From assembly GCA_033852215.1 (NCBI GenBank), contig JAWSUX010000015.1, forward strand, positions 9,586 to 73,585: a DNA stretch of 64,000 bases, written 5' to 3'. This DNA is from Colwellia sp. (GTDB lineage: Bacteria > Pseudomonadota > Gammaproteobacteria > Enterobacterales > Alteromonadaceae). Position 1 is the first letter of the stretch; each line of letters starts with the position of its first letter. Below the pieces are notes generated by a model. That model saw nothing but the letters and a program-made list of their open reading frames with translations. It was not told where the DNA came from and did not search any database. Made by a program: the position numbers and the translations under genes. Shown piece by piece: positions 42,758 through 52,928 of this stretch.

Positions 42758-43720
42758 ATGATACGAATCACGCTTCTTATAATGACTTCATTACTGCTAT
42801 TTGGCTGCGGCGGATCAGGCAGCTCAAGTTCCAAGGAACCTGTAATTACCGAACAACAGCGGGCTGAATGGCGAAAAATTACCACGATAGAAATCCCAGT
42901 TGACGATCTTGTTTTTGATGGTTTAACCGCAGGACCAACGACCGGTACAGCCGTCATTTTATTACATGGTTTTCCAACCACAGCCTATCAGTTTAAAAGC
43001 ACGATTCAGGCATTAGCTGAGCGAGGCTATTATGTGATCGCGCCCAATCAGCGTGGATTTTCAGAAGGCGCTCGGCCGCTTGATTCAGATGATTATCACA
43101 TCAGTTTACGCGTTGAAGATATTACCGATATTGCCGACCAGTTGGGTATCTATAGATTCCATCTTGTCGGGCATGACAGCGGCGCTTGGGTCTCATGGAT
43201 TGTCAGTTCCAGACATCCTGACCGAGTGATTACGCTGACCGCCATATCTGTTCCGCATCCATATGCTTTTGGTGTTGCTCTCCTTGACAAAAGCTCTGGC
43301 CAGGAAGAGATCTCCAGTTACGGGCAAGATTTCGCTAGTCCCGGTTTTGAAGAAACCTTTGTTACAAATGACCATGCCTACATGCGTGAGCTTTATGAAG
43401 ATATACCGGCGGAAGATGTTGAAGTGTATATCGAAAAAATGGGCAGTGTAGAGGCCATAGATGCGGCGTTAAACTATTACCGTGTTAGAGGTTGGGAGTG
43501 GACAACCTTGCAAGTAGAGGACCCTATCACTGTCCCAACTCTGCAAGTCTGGGGTGACCAGGATCTATATATGGGTATAGTTGCAATGGAGGGCTCAAAG
43601 AATTTCGTGAGTGCAGAGTATGAGTTCGTCATCTTTCAGGGCGTTACGCATTGGGTAACAGAGACGGCTTCAGAACGGCTGAATATCTTACTGCTAGAGC
43701 ACCTTGATGAGCGTTACTAG
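42758..43720 (+). CDS. Lipoprotein alpha/beta hydrolase (epoxide hydrolase-like)
   Basis: Lipobox LFGC, LHGFP, GHDSGA (Asp nucleophile), WGDQD, THW. Confidence 0.85.
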   Translation: MIRITLLIMTSLLLFGCGGSGSSSSKEPVITEQQRAEWRKITTIEIPVDDLVFDGLTAGPTTGTAVILLHGFPTTAYQFKSTIQALAERGYYVIAPNQRGFSEGARPLDSDDYHISLRVEDITDIADQLGIYRFHLVGHDSGAWVSWIVSSRHPDRVITLTAISVPHPYAFGVALLDKSSGQEEISSYGQDFASPGFEETFVTNDHAYMRELYEDIPAEDVEVYIEKMGSVEAIDAALNYYRVRGWEWTTLQVEDPITVPTLQVWGDQDLYMGIVAMEGSKNFVSAEYEFVIFQGVTHWVTETASERLNILLLEHLDERY

Positions 43721-43866
43721 GGAAATCGGCAAGATCAGAGGGTAAAAACGGAATTAAAAAGTAGGGTGCGAGCGCCCTATTGAATACGCCTTTTATCTCC
43801 TGTGGTCGATGATCATCAAGGCTTTTCATCTGCTCTTTTACTGTGTGATTTAAGTTGATCTCTTAC

Positions 43867-43908
43867 GAATGCCCGTCCATAAACGACGTGCTTTATCGAC
43901 GGGTATTC
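43867..43908. promoter_or_regulatory. Imperfect inverted repeat (17-bp arms, 8-bp spacer): operator or mRNA hairpin
   Basis: GAATGCCCGTCCATAAA-CGACGTGC-TTTATCGACGGGTATTC, 15/17 complementary; no U-tract. Confidence 0.4.
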
Positions 43909-44014
43909 AATAGATGTAACTTAAAAATTGCCTACATAAGCAGTACGTCTATCGCACCACAACTCCAATTTGTAGAAAAATAATTACAATTTATACATTA
44001 AGGGAATGTTTTAA

Positions 44015-45643
44015 ATGAAACGACTGATCGTACTTTCTTTAACGACATTAATATGGGCCTGCTCAGGTGGCGACTCCGATTCTGTTAACAGTAACCAAGA
44101 AACGTCAAGCGCCCCGCCGATAACCATTGAACTCGACAGCGGCACCGTCGTGGGGAAAGTTCATTCTGAAAGCGATGTTTTAGAGTGGCTAGGGATTCCC
44201 TATGCGCAGCCACCAGTGGGAGAATTACGCTGGAAGGCACCGCAACCCGTGGCGGCTTGGGACGGTAGTATCAATACTCAGGTTGCGGGCAGTGTCTGTC
44301 CTCAGTTTGCTGGTGGTGAAGTCGTTGGCGATGAAGATTGTCTGCATATTAATGTCTGGCGGCCGAACACCGAAGAAACGGATTTACCTGTTTATGTTTG
44401 GGTACATCCCGGCTCGAACACAATCGGAACAAACTATAGCTTTATCGCACTGGGTGATCGCATCGCTCAAGACTCCAATGTGATTGTAGTCGCAATGTCC
44501 TATCGATTAGGGGCTTTGGGGTGGCTGTACTTTGAGCCGCTGCATACCGGCGATGCCCTCAGTGATTCAGGTAACTTTGGATTGTTGGATATCATTCAAG
44601 GCTTGGATTGGATTCAAAATAATATTGGCAGTTTTGGTGGTGATGTTGATAACGTGATAGTTACAGGGGAATCTGCCGGTGGGGCCAATATCATGAGCTT
44701 ACTGCTTTCTGGTCATGCTAGCGGCTTGTTCCATAAAGCCATTATTCAATCCGGCTCCCCTGTTGTTAAGTCACTGGATGAAGCGCGAAATCAATCACGT
44801 CAACTTCTCGAAAACTTGGATAGCAGTCAATTAATGTTAAGCGATCACGAGCAGGCTCAGTTTTTAATGAACACGTCAGCGAGTGAATTGGTTTTGGCTC
44901 AAAGCGTTAAGGCTCTACGAGCCTTTGCAGATGGCACCGTGATTCCCATTGCTGGCACGAACTTGTTCGAAACCGGCATGTACCCCAATAAAGTACCCAT
45001 TATTGTCGGTTCGACAAAAGACGAATTCGACTTTTACGTCAGCCCGCTGGTACTCAACTCCTTGCCCGACCATAGCCAAGAAGTCAGAAACGATGTGAGT
45101 CGTTATGTGAGCGACTTTTGGCGAGCATATGGCGTTGACGACTTTGCTACTGAATTGAGCTCAGCTCCTGACCAACCCGATATATATGCCTATCGCTTTA
45201 ACTGGGGCTCAAAAAATGAAGACGGACAGTCACCCTACCCGGATTTTGCCAAGGACGTATTGGGCGCTCATCATGTTTTAGATGTGTCGTTTGTATTTGG
45301 CTATTGGGATCGATGGTTTACTGAAGGTGGAACGGACTATTTCTTCACGGAAGAAAATGCGGAAGGCCGAGAAAATTTGAGCAATGCTATTACCGCATAT
45401 TTTGCGGCCTTTGCTCATACTGGGAATCCTAATGTTGCCAACCAAACGTCCTGGGAGCCCTTTGCCGTTGACGGCGATTTTAAGGCCCTTGAACTGGATG
45501 TCGATCTTAACGATAATTCTGCAAAACTGACCGTGGATACTGAAGTTTTATCAAGCGAGGACCTATTGGAAAAATTGACTGCTGAGGTGGATGACCCCGC
45601 TTTGAGCATTGTACAGGAAGAAATATTGCGCTGGCAGGACTGA
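44015..45643 (+). CDS. Lipoprotein type-B carboxylesterase
   Basis: Lipobox IWAC, GIPYAQPPVGELRW, EDCL, GESAG, KDE, GAHH. Confidence 0.9.
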   Translation: MKRLIVLSLTTLIWACSGGDSDSVNSNQETSSAPPITIELDSGTVVGKVHSESDVLEWLGIPYAQPPVGELRWKAPQPVAAWDGSINTQVAGSVCPQFAGGEVVGDEDCLHINVWRPNTEETDLPVYVWVHPGSNTIGTNYSFIALGDRIAQDSNVIVVAMSYRLGALGWLYFEPLHTGDALSDSGNFGLLDIIQGLDWIQNNIGSFGGDVDNVIVTGESAGGANIMSLLLSGHASGLFHKAIIQSGSPVVKSLDEARNQSRQLLENLDSSQLMLSDHEQAQFLMNTSASELVLAQSVKALRAFADGTVIPIAGTNLFETGMYPNKVPIIVGSTKDEFDFYVSPLVLNSLPDHSQEVRNDVSRYVSDFWRAYGVDDFATELSSAPDQPDIYAYRFNWGSKNEDGQSPYPDFAKDVLGAHHVLDVSFVFGYWDRWFTEGGTDYFFTEENAEGRENLSNAITAYFAAFAHTGNPNVANQTSWEPFAVDGDFKALELDVDLNDNSAKLTVDTEVLSSEDLLEKLTAEVDDPALSIVQEEILRWQD

Positions 45644-45748
45644 ATATATAGCTGTTTCTGGACTAGCACTAGTGATGAAATAACTCGCTGGCAGGACTAA
45701 CCCACCTGCCCTATTTTAAAAAGCTGAATTGTTATGCGGCTTATTATA

Positions 45749-45823
45749 TTAGGGAATTAGGGCCTTAGGTTTTTAGAATGCTAGGGTTTGTAATCTTCGG
45801 GTTTTGTAATGTTAGGGTTTGTC
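45749..45823. repeat. 8-bp-period degenerate tandem array (TTAGGGnn / TTGTAATG)
   Basis: ttagggaa ttagggcc ttaggttt ttagaatg ctagggtt tgtaatc ttcgggtt ttgtaatg ttagggtt. Confidence 0.65.
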
Positions 45824-46288
45824 ATAATTGCGGATTAGTAAACGTATAAACCCTGACACTCCTTGGTCATGGACCATAATGTTTGGATGCATATAGATAA
45901 GCGGAAACCTCTCTCTTTATAAATATTTAGATAAGGTTTGCCAGACCGCGGTAAGTTCACATTATATCTGCGTAGGCTATTTATAGATTAATAATCTAAG
46001 CTATATTGCCAGTTGCTGGTCGCCTAGTATTGTTATTAGGCGCCAAATATGGCTTTAAGCTCTAATCTGACAGACTAAATCGTATTAATGTATAAAGCAG
46101 GACATTCTTGCTGCGAAAAAATATTGTCCCAGTATACACTTTCCTGTTAACGGACTTGCGTTTCCTTTTTAGGTTTAAGACTTTGGATCAACGTCACTGT
46201 AAGAAAGAAAACGATCTAGTCTACATAAAGGTTCGAATGATTGTTCAGCTATTATGAGTAAGTCAAAGTTTGTATTACGCAGGTTCCC

Positions 46289-48022
46289 ATGACCAATAAC
46301 GATGTATCTGTTGGTTTTATTGAAGTTGATTCCAGTTCCCGATTTTTAGATATTCACATATTGTTGGTGGATGATGATGACTGTGATGTGACATTGATAA
46401 AACGGCTATTGTCCCAATCCTCAAAAACGCAGTACTCATACACCGTTGCCTCCACAATCGATACGGCTATTGAATATCTAAAAACAGAAACATTTGATAT
46501 ATGTCTTTTGGACTACTTTATTGGCTGTGAAAATGCTTGGTCGGTATTGGACGTATCCCAAAAAAACATACAAGGAATGCCCGTAATATTAGTGTCTGGT
46601 CTCGATGATGAAGAGATTGACGATCAACTTGCACTTATGGGAGTCGTTGATTGTTTAGATAAAAGTGGCCTTACACGCAAGCTATTAGAGCGGTCGATCC
46701 ATTACGCTTTACACGCAGAAAAACAGCGGCTGCAGCTGAATAAACTCGCGCATTACGATTCGTTAACCGGATTGGTAAACCGGTCATTATTTTTTAATAA
46801 ACTGCAGGGAATGATTGAAACCGCTGGCTCCCGCGACCGTATATCCGTTCTGTTTTATATTGATATTGATAATTTTAAGAATATAAACGATACCTGGGGC
46901 CATGATGTCGGCGACCAGGTGCTAACATGCGTTTCACGTCGAATCGGTGCCAGCCTGCGAAAAACTGATACGGTGGCGAGAATAGGCGGAGATGAATTCG
47001 CACTCATAATTGATGATCTGACCTATCCCGAATGCCACATGATTGCTCAAAAAATATTATGTTCAATGTACGATCCGGTTCGAACAGATCATAATTATAT
47101 TTGTTCAACGCTTTCGATTGGTTTTACCCTTATTGAAGACAACTCTCTATCCATTACAGATTACGTCAAGCGTGCAGATAGCGCCTTATACGAAGCCAAA
47201 CGGTCTGGAAAAAACCAATATAAGGTTTTTAACGGAGAGTTAGCAAAAACATATGAAGAGTCTCTGTATCTGGGTTGTGAATTTAACAACGCGATAGCTA
47301 ATAATATGCTTAAGCTGTATTTTCATCCGGTTATTAGCACGGAAACAAAAAAAATATTGAGCCTAGAAGCGTTGTTACGGTGGCCTATTGGAGGGGTGGT
47401 TTTGTTGCCAGTAAAAATACTCCCGGTTGTTGAGCGACTAGGGAAAATGGATGCTCTAACGGAATGGGTTATTAAAAGTGCGACGGAGCAAATGGCCTTT
47501 TGGCTTGATGATTTTCCGGAGCTAGTGGTTTCCGTGAATATTTTTGTCGCGCAACTACGGCCTAGCCTGGTGCTGGCCATGAATAAATATTTACGTGAAT
47601 CAGGGATCCCGGCGTCTAATTTTCAGCTGGAAATAAATAAAGAGGATGAAGCACCGTTTCCCGAAGACGCGATATTAATTCTTAACGAATTGAGTCGAAT
47701 TGGCGTTAATATTGCCTTTGATAACTTCGGGAAGAGTTTTTCTTCGATGTACGATATTGCTACTCTCCCCACGTCAACGTTAAAGCTAAATAAATCGTTT
47801 ATTCAAGACGCTGAAAAAAGCATTAGCAGTCAAAACTTTCTTAAAGCAGCCATCAATTTTGCGAGAGAACTTGGAATTGAAGTTGTTGGTGAGGGTGTTG
47901 AAACTCTCGCGCAACAAGAGTCGTATCAAAATCTTGGGGTCCATGACCTACAGGGATTTTTGTACTCAAAACCGATGGATGCAGAACGATGCTCTCAATA
48001 CTTAACAAAAACATTGCACTAG
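46289..48022 (+). CDS. REC-GGDEF-EAL protein with a degenerate EAL domain
   Basis: REC, RKTD I-site, GGDEF intact; EAL domain has DNFGKSFSS and KLNKS instead of DDFGTGYSS and KIDRS. Confidence 0.88.
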   Translation: MTNNDVSVGFIEVDSSSRFLDIHILLVDDDDCDVTLIKRLLSQSSKTQYSYTVASTIDTAIEYLKTETFDICLLDYFIGCENAWSVLDVSQKNIQGMPVILVSGLDDEEIDDQLALMGVVDCLDKSGLTRKLLERSIHYALHAEKQRLQLNKLAHYDSLTGLVNRSLFFNKLQGMIETAGSRDRISVLFYIDIDNFKNINDTWGHDVGDQVLTCVSRRIGASLRKTDTVARIGGDEFALIIDDLTYPECHMIAQKILCSMYDPVRTDHNYICSTLSIGFTLIEDNSLSITDYVKRADSALYEAKRSGKNQYKVFNGELAKTYEESLYLGCEFNNAIANNMLKLYFHPVISTETKKILSLEALLRWPIGGVVLLPVKILPVVERLGKMDALTEWVIKSATEQMAFWLDDFPELVVSVNIFVAQLRPSLVLAMNKYLRESGIPASNFQLEINKEDEAPFPEDAILILNELSRIGVNIAFDNFGKSFSSMYDIATLPTSTLKLNKSFIQDAEKSISSQNFLKAAINFARELGIEVVGEGVETLAQQESYQNLGVHDLQGFLYSKPMDAERCSQYLTKTLH

Positions 48023-48092
48023 AATATTTCCAATATCGTCAATAAAAAACTACAATTTCAACGAATGTTATCTTTAATCAGAAAAAAAGGCA

Positions 48093-48968
48093 TCACTGCC
48101 CTTCTGGGCATATGGCTAATATTTTATGCTCACGTTCTACTGGCAGGCAAAACCGCGAAAGCTTTGTTGCGATATTGATATTGATGCTGCCGTAAATTTC
48201 GTAAAGGATATCAAATGTGTGAATTAGCATTACCTGGGAATCAAAATTCGATGGCAATTTATTAATCTTAAACTCAATGCAATCTTTAATCGAAGACTTT
48301 GCAGTAACTCCTCCAGGTATTTTAGATAGGGAGCTTCTGATCTTTACATTGAGTCCCATAAGCTCTGATTCCAGCTGACAGATGATCGGTTTGTATTTTG
48401 GCCTTCCCAGTTCATTACACATCGAAATTGAGAATTTAAGCAAGTCACATTTAATTCTTCCCTGCAGAATCGCAGATTCATTCGATTTCGTTAAACTCAT
48501 AATCGACAGTAAATTACGGCGGTGATTTATTTCTTTCTCATCGTTGATCAGAAAAACCCCCGCTGCTGCCCGTGCGCCCAAATTCTTGTTTAGCTCTTCA
48601 ATCACCTTTTGATTCTGCTTGTATGCTTCCATAGCTTCTACTTTCTTTGCGTTTATCGACTCTGCCAAGTTTTCATGGGCGTATCCGAACTTTAGCGCCA
48701 AAGCATCGAGATGAGCGCTAACAAGTGCGTCACTGCACTTTGGGAAGGTTTTTACCGTATTGTCATTAGCCGTCATTTTCTGGCGAAGTCCAATAACGGA
48801 TTTTTGGATCAATGATTTTTTACCTTCTACATCCAGCGCTTCTGTTTCTTTTATGTCTGGAATTTTCCAGCTACATTGTGTGATAAACCATTGATTAGAA
48901 AAGGAATTAAGCGTTCGTTCGTCATTCGCAGTTCGTTCAAATGTGGTAAACGATGTCGGGGCATTCAT
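48093..48968 (-). CDS. Hypothetical protein
   Basis: 291-aa ORF with a GAGG RBS; no recognised motif. Confidence 0.7.
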   Translation of the reverse strand: MNAPTSFTTFERTANDERTLNSFSNQWFITQCSWKIPDIKETEALDVEGKKSLIQKSVIGLRQKMTANDNTVKTFPKCSDALVSAHLDALALKFGYAHENLAESINAKKVEAMEAYKQNQKVIEELNKNLGARAAAGVFLINDEKEINHRRNLLSIMSLTKSNESAILQGRIKCDLLKFSISMCNELGRPKYKPIICQLESELMGLNVKIRSSLSKIPGGVTAKSSIKDCIEFKINKLPSNFDSQVMLIHTFDILYEIYGSININIATKLSRFCLPVEREHKILAICPEGQ

Positions 48969-49245
48969 TCTACATCCTCATAGATGCTTCGCGTTGTCTG
49001 ATGGATATCAAGAGTCTTTCTATTATTCTAGAACCTTCACATAAAAATGCCTTATCGAGTCATCATTTTTAGTTCATTTTCTGGCGCAAGAAGAGATTCA
49101 ACCGTTCAGGAGCCGTGTTACTACTGAAACCGCTGTAGCGCTTGTTTTTAATAGCCGAAACATAGACTGATAGCCAAGGTTTACCGTTTGGGGTTAATCC
49201 CTATGCACTATACTTTTTGAAGAGAGTCGTGAGGACGAACCGTTC

Positions 49246-51528
49246 ATGTATACCCATAATGCTGCCGATTTTACGCCTGAAATGTTTGAGAATTTTCTCA
49301 AAGGTTCCTTGGAGTTGATAGCAGAAGCTCGGTCTCAGCTCGTGCATATCGAGTCAGGGAAAGATTTTGACCCTGAAATTACGATTTATACACTTTTTCG
49401 TCAATTGCACACATTAAAAGAAGTGGCACCATTTTTCGGCTTGTTGCAGACTAAAAACTTAGCGCACGCTCTCGAAAATTTACTTGAAAAAATCCGTAAT
49501 GATGACCTTGAGTTTTCCGACGAAATTACTTCTGTCCTTCTATCGGGGTTTGCCGTTCTCTTTGAGATATGTGAAAACAGTTGTGAAGAAGGACGGGAGG
49601 TTAGTGACTCGCAGCATTTAAAGGCTGTTCTCAATGATATTGCCAGTTTTGTCGCGCCCACAGGCGAAATTAATAATGAACTCTACCCTCTCGTTGAGTT
49701 GCTTGATCCATTTGTAAATGAGGTGATTACAGGTGGACGCCGCGATGTTCTTAATCTTATACAGTTTTCAAGCTTATCAAGTGCCGCCTCAACCCTAGCG
49801 GCACTCACGTTAGACCCGATAACTCACTTAGGTCACTTTGCCAAAAAGTTGTCCGAATTTAAATCGGCAGTTCCAAGTAATTTTACAATGCCGGGTGAGT
49901 TCGCAAAACTGGAAAAAGAACTATCTCTGTTACTGCATCCTAAATCGGATAAAAAACGAGGTTTTAGGGTGACAGGCCATTACTATTTTGGTGATACCTG
50001 TGTTTCTCCCGAGTTAAGCATAACCTACGATGTTATTAGCGCGCCAATAACCAAGGTCACCAAGGGGACATTTGAGCGTGTCAATGAAGCCTTGATACAG
50101 TTAAGCGAAAAACTGTCAGGGGATGCTTTAGTTGTCTGTCAGAAGATGGCCGACTTGGTGTTTTTACTGGTGTCAGGTATCGAGCGCTATAGCGAGACCC
50201 TTCAGGTTGAGTTAAACGACATTCTACAAGAGCTTTTGGCTCATATTACGATTGATGATAGCCCAGTCCCTGATGCCCATGATGAAAATGAAACCAGCGA
50301 TAAGTCTGAAAGAGAGGTTAATAGAGTCGATAGAGGTAAAGAGGGTAAAAAAATACCGGGAACGCTCAAAATTCGGCGCGATAACTTGGATCAGTTCGTC
50401 AGTATGATTGCTGCCTTAGGCGATACCATGAATGAGGAAGCGCTAAGTAATCCTACAAAAAAACAGGGGAAGCCAGGTTCTGATGACCTATATGGTGAAT
50501 CAGAGGATGCTAGCTTTGACGCCGCGTCATTACTACGTAACCAATTAGCGCAGCTATTAAGTACGCCACTAGAAGACCTCACTAAAAAGATACCCGTACT
50601 CGTGCGTTCGGTCTGCGAAAGTCTAAATCAGTCTGGCGTGAAGAAAAAAATAAAGGTCTCTGTAGACTGCAAAGATATCGCCGTGAGTGAAGATACTTTT
50701 CACTTCTTAGAAGCGCCGATCACTCACATTATTCGCAACGCTTGTGATCATGGCATTGAGTCTTGTGAAGAACGAGCAGCCGCAGGAAAGCCCGAAGAAG
50801 GTAGCATTACCATTATGGCCGATAGTCATAATGAACATATACGCCTGATGATCCAAGATGACGGCGCGGGCATCAATATAGCGAAGGTAAAAGAAAAAGC
50901 CGTTTCAAAAGGCTTAATAACGGAGAGCGAGGCGAGTAGGATTTGTGATGATGAGGCTGTAGAACTTCTGTTTTTGACGGGTTTTTCTACGGCTGACAAA
51001 ATCAGTGATATTTCGGGTAGAGGCGTCGGCCTAGACGTCGTGAAAAGTGATATCACAAAAGCTGGGGGTAAGTTTTTCATTAAAAACATGCCTGGAATTG
51101 GCATTGTTTTTATCATTAAACTCCCTGCCTTTAAGAGTCTGTTTTCCGACTGCCGAACCGTGATGTCGGATAATCAGTCGTTTTTAGTGCCGCTAGAGTT
51201 TATAACGGCTATTGTGCCGGTAACGGAGTGCTACGTTAATGATAAAGATCGTGATCTAACATGGCATAACAAACACATACCATTTACACGCCTTAAAGAT
51301 GTATTTTGTACGGGTAGATCCGTTCGATATGAAAATCCATCTGCCGTTATTTTCATAGATTATAATGAGGAAGAACGGGCGATTGTTGTCGACAAGATAG
51401 GGGCAAAAGTATCGATAAATAATGACGTTATAGAGCGTAGAGGTCAGGAGATAGGAACACTTGGAACCGTAAAAATATCTGATAAAAACTATTCACTTTT
51501 GGATATTTCCCAATTAAAAGATCTGTAA
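49246..51528 (+). CDS. cheA: Stand-alone CheA-like kinase
   Basis: Hpt FRQLHTLK, HIIRNACDHG, DDGAGI, GFST, SGRGVGLDVV, C-terminal CheW-like domain. Confidence 0.85.
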   Translation: MYTHNAADFTPEMFENFLKGSLELIAEARSQLVHIESGKDFDPEITIYTLFRQLHTLKEVAPFFGLLQTKNLAHALENLLEKIRNDDLEFSDEITSVLLSGFAVLFEICENSCEEGREVSDSQHLKAVLNDIASFVAPTGEINNELYPLVELLDPFVNEVITGGRRDVLNLIQFSSLSSAASTLAALTLDPITHLGHFAKKLSEFKSAVPSNFTMPGEFAKLEKELSLLLHPKSDKKRGFRVTGHYYFGDTCVSPELSITYDVISAPITKVTKGTFERVNEALIQLSEKLSGDALVVCQKMADLVFLLVSGIERYSETLQVELNDILQELLAHITIDDSPVPDAHDENETSDKSEREVNRVDRGKEGKKIPGTLKIRRDNLDQFVSMIAALGDTMNEEALSNPTKKQGKPGSDDLYGESEDASFDAASLLRNQLAQLLSTPLEDLTKKIPVLVRSVCESLNQSGVKKKIKVSVDCKDIAVSEDTFHFLEAPITHIIRNACDHGIESCEERAAAGKPEEGSITIMADSHNEHIRLMIQDDGAGINIAKVKEKAVSKGLITESEASRICDDEAVELLFLTGFSTADKISDISGRGVGLDVVKSDITKAGGKFFIKNMPGIGIVFIIKLPAFKSLFSDCRTVMSDNQSFLVPLEFITAIVPVTECYVNDKDRDLTWHNKHIPFTRLKDVFCTGRSVRYENPSAVIFIDYNEEERAIVVDKIGAKVSINNDVIERRGQEIGTLGTVKISDKNYSLLDISQLKDL

Positions 51529-51579
51529 TGCCGGCTTTTCTTCAAAAATCTATTAGTACTCACTACGGTTTAAGAATTT

Positions 51580-51600
51580 TAAAAATAGATTCTATTTTTA
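51580..51600. terminator. AT-rich hairpin between convergent cheA and HDOD genes
   Basis: TAAAAATAG-ATT-CTATTTTTA. Confidence 0.35.
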
Positions 51601-51622
51601 TTTATTGAGTAGCGCGTATTTT

Positions 51623-52489
51623 TCAATATGTTTTTACATTATATTCCTCGACCGCATCTAACACGATATCGCGCAGTTCGCTAAGGTCGAGCTCACTAAT
51701 TCCTACATAATAAGTAATTGCGGCGCCGTAATCCTGCCATTCAGAGCAAACTTTGTCGCCACTTATATCTGTAGATTCGTCAACGATATACTCCGAAATT
51801 TTAAGGGCGGAAAGTAATATCGCTTGCTGCTCATCCAAGTTGTCGAGGTTTTCTAGTGCCTGTCGATTGTGATGTAAGCGAGTCACTTCACATAACGGCT
51901 TCGGTAAGTTCCAGCTTCGCATTATGTAATATCCGAGCACTGCATGGTTTGTTTTAAAGGCTCGATTTTCTATATCCGTGACTAGTTCTTGGGGGCTGTT
52001 ATCCGCGGATTGTAATATTTTAAAATAGTCGGGATGTTTTTGAAATATTATAGGTATGCCGCAGTGATGGAATAATCCGAGGCAATACGCTTCATCTACA
52101 GAGACGATGGACGTATCAATATTCAGTTGCCGAATGACCGCGGAAATTGCTACAGCAGAAATGGTAGTCTGGAGCCAAAAAGCGTTGATCTCTTCCGAGG
52201 GAGAAAATCCACCGACGACTCGCTTAAATGCTGCCGCATTTAAAATATTAGTAACCGTCTCGGTTCCAAGTAAGCTCATTGCGTTACGTATAGAAGTTAC
52301 CTTAACCTTCAAGCCGAGTGCAGGAGAGTTTGTAACCTTAAGTATTGAAGCCGATAGACCGGGGTCTTGCTCAATAATGTCCGCCATTAACACCAAGTTA
52401 GGCGCAACATCACGTATCGAGCTGATGATGCTCGGTTGTGTGGGCAAAGTGAAGCCTTTGAGAATCTCTTTTGCTATATCAAATTGCAT
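51623..52489 (-). CDS. HDOD domain protein
   Basis: LPTQP, IEQDPGLSASILKVTNSP, GLFHHCG, NHAVLGYYIMRSWNLP. Confidence 0.9.
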   Translation of the reverse strand: MQFDIAKEILKGFTLPTQPSIISSIRDVAPNLVLMADIIEQDPGLSASILKVTNSPALGLKVKVTSIRNAMSLLGTETVTNILNAAAFKRVVGGFSPSEEINAFWLQTTISAVAISAVIRQLNIDTSIVSVDEAYCLGLFHHCGIPIIFQKHPDYFKILQSADNSPQELVTDIENRAFKTNHAVLGYYIMRSWNLPKPLCEVTRLHHNRQALENLDNLDEQQAILLSALKISEYIVDESTDISGDKVCSEWQDYGAAITYYVGISELDLSELRDIVLDAVEEYNVKTY

Positions 52490-52548
52490 TCTATAGGTTC
52501 TTGGTTTTAGTCATATTTGATCATTAAACATGGCGTCGTTTTTCTACT

Positions 52549-52576
52549 CTCTTCTCTTCTCTTCTCTTCTCTTCTC
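52549..52576. repeat. (CTCTT)5+CTC microsatellite in the HDOD/cheX intergenic region
   Basis: Read directly; abuts a minus-strand TATACT at 52577-52582. Confidence 0.9.
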
Positions 52577-52928
52577 AGTATAGTAACTTTCAGCAAGTTA
52601 AGACCTGAATTTCCAGCAAAATTATTGTGACAAAAGAGGCGCGAAAATTGCTGTTTTATTCGTTTAAAATGAGGTGTTTACTCGTTTGTATTCCAGTTTG
52701 TTCTTATAGGAAAGTGTGCCTTAGCGCCATTAGTAATAAGCGCGCAGCATTAAAAAAGACCTCTATACTTATCATTAGCAAAGCTGTGTTTCTTACTTTT
52801 TAAAAGCTTGGTGGGCTGCCAAGTAATTTTGATTGGGTTTACTGATTTCGCGATAACAGACAAGTCAGGCAGAGTCACTCTAGGCCAGCTTGAATGATTG
52901 TTTCGAACACATAGAAGATATTTGTAAT

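Noticed and set aside
45749-45823. Telomere or G-quadruplex reading of the TTAGGG units
   Set aside because: The period is 8, not 6, and the G-runs are sparse with long loops.
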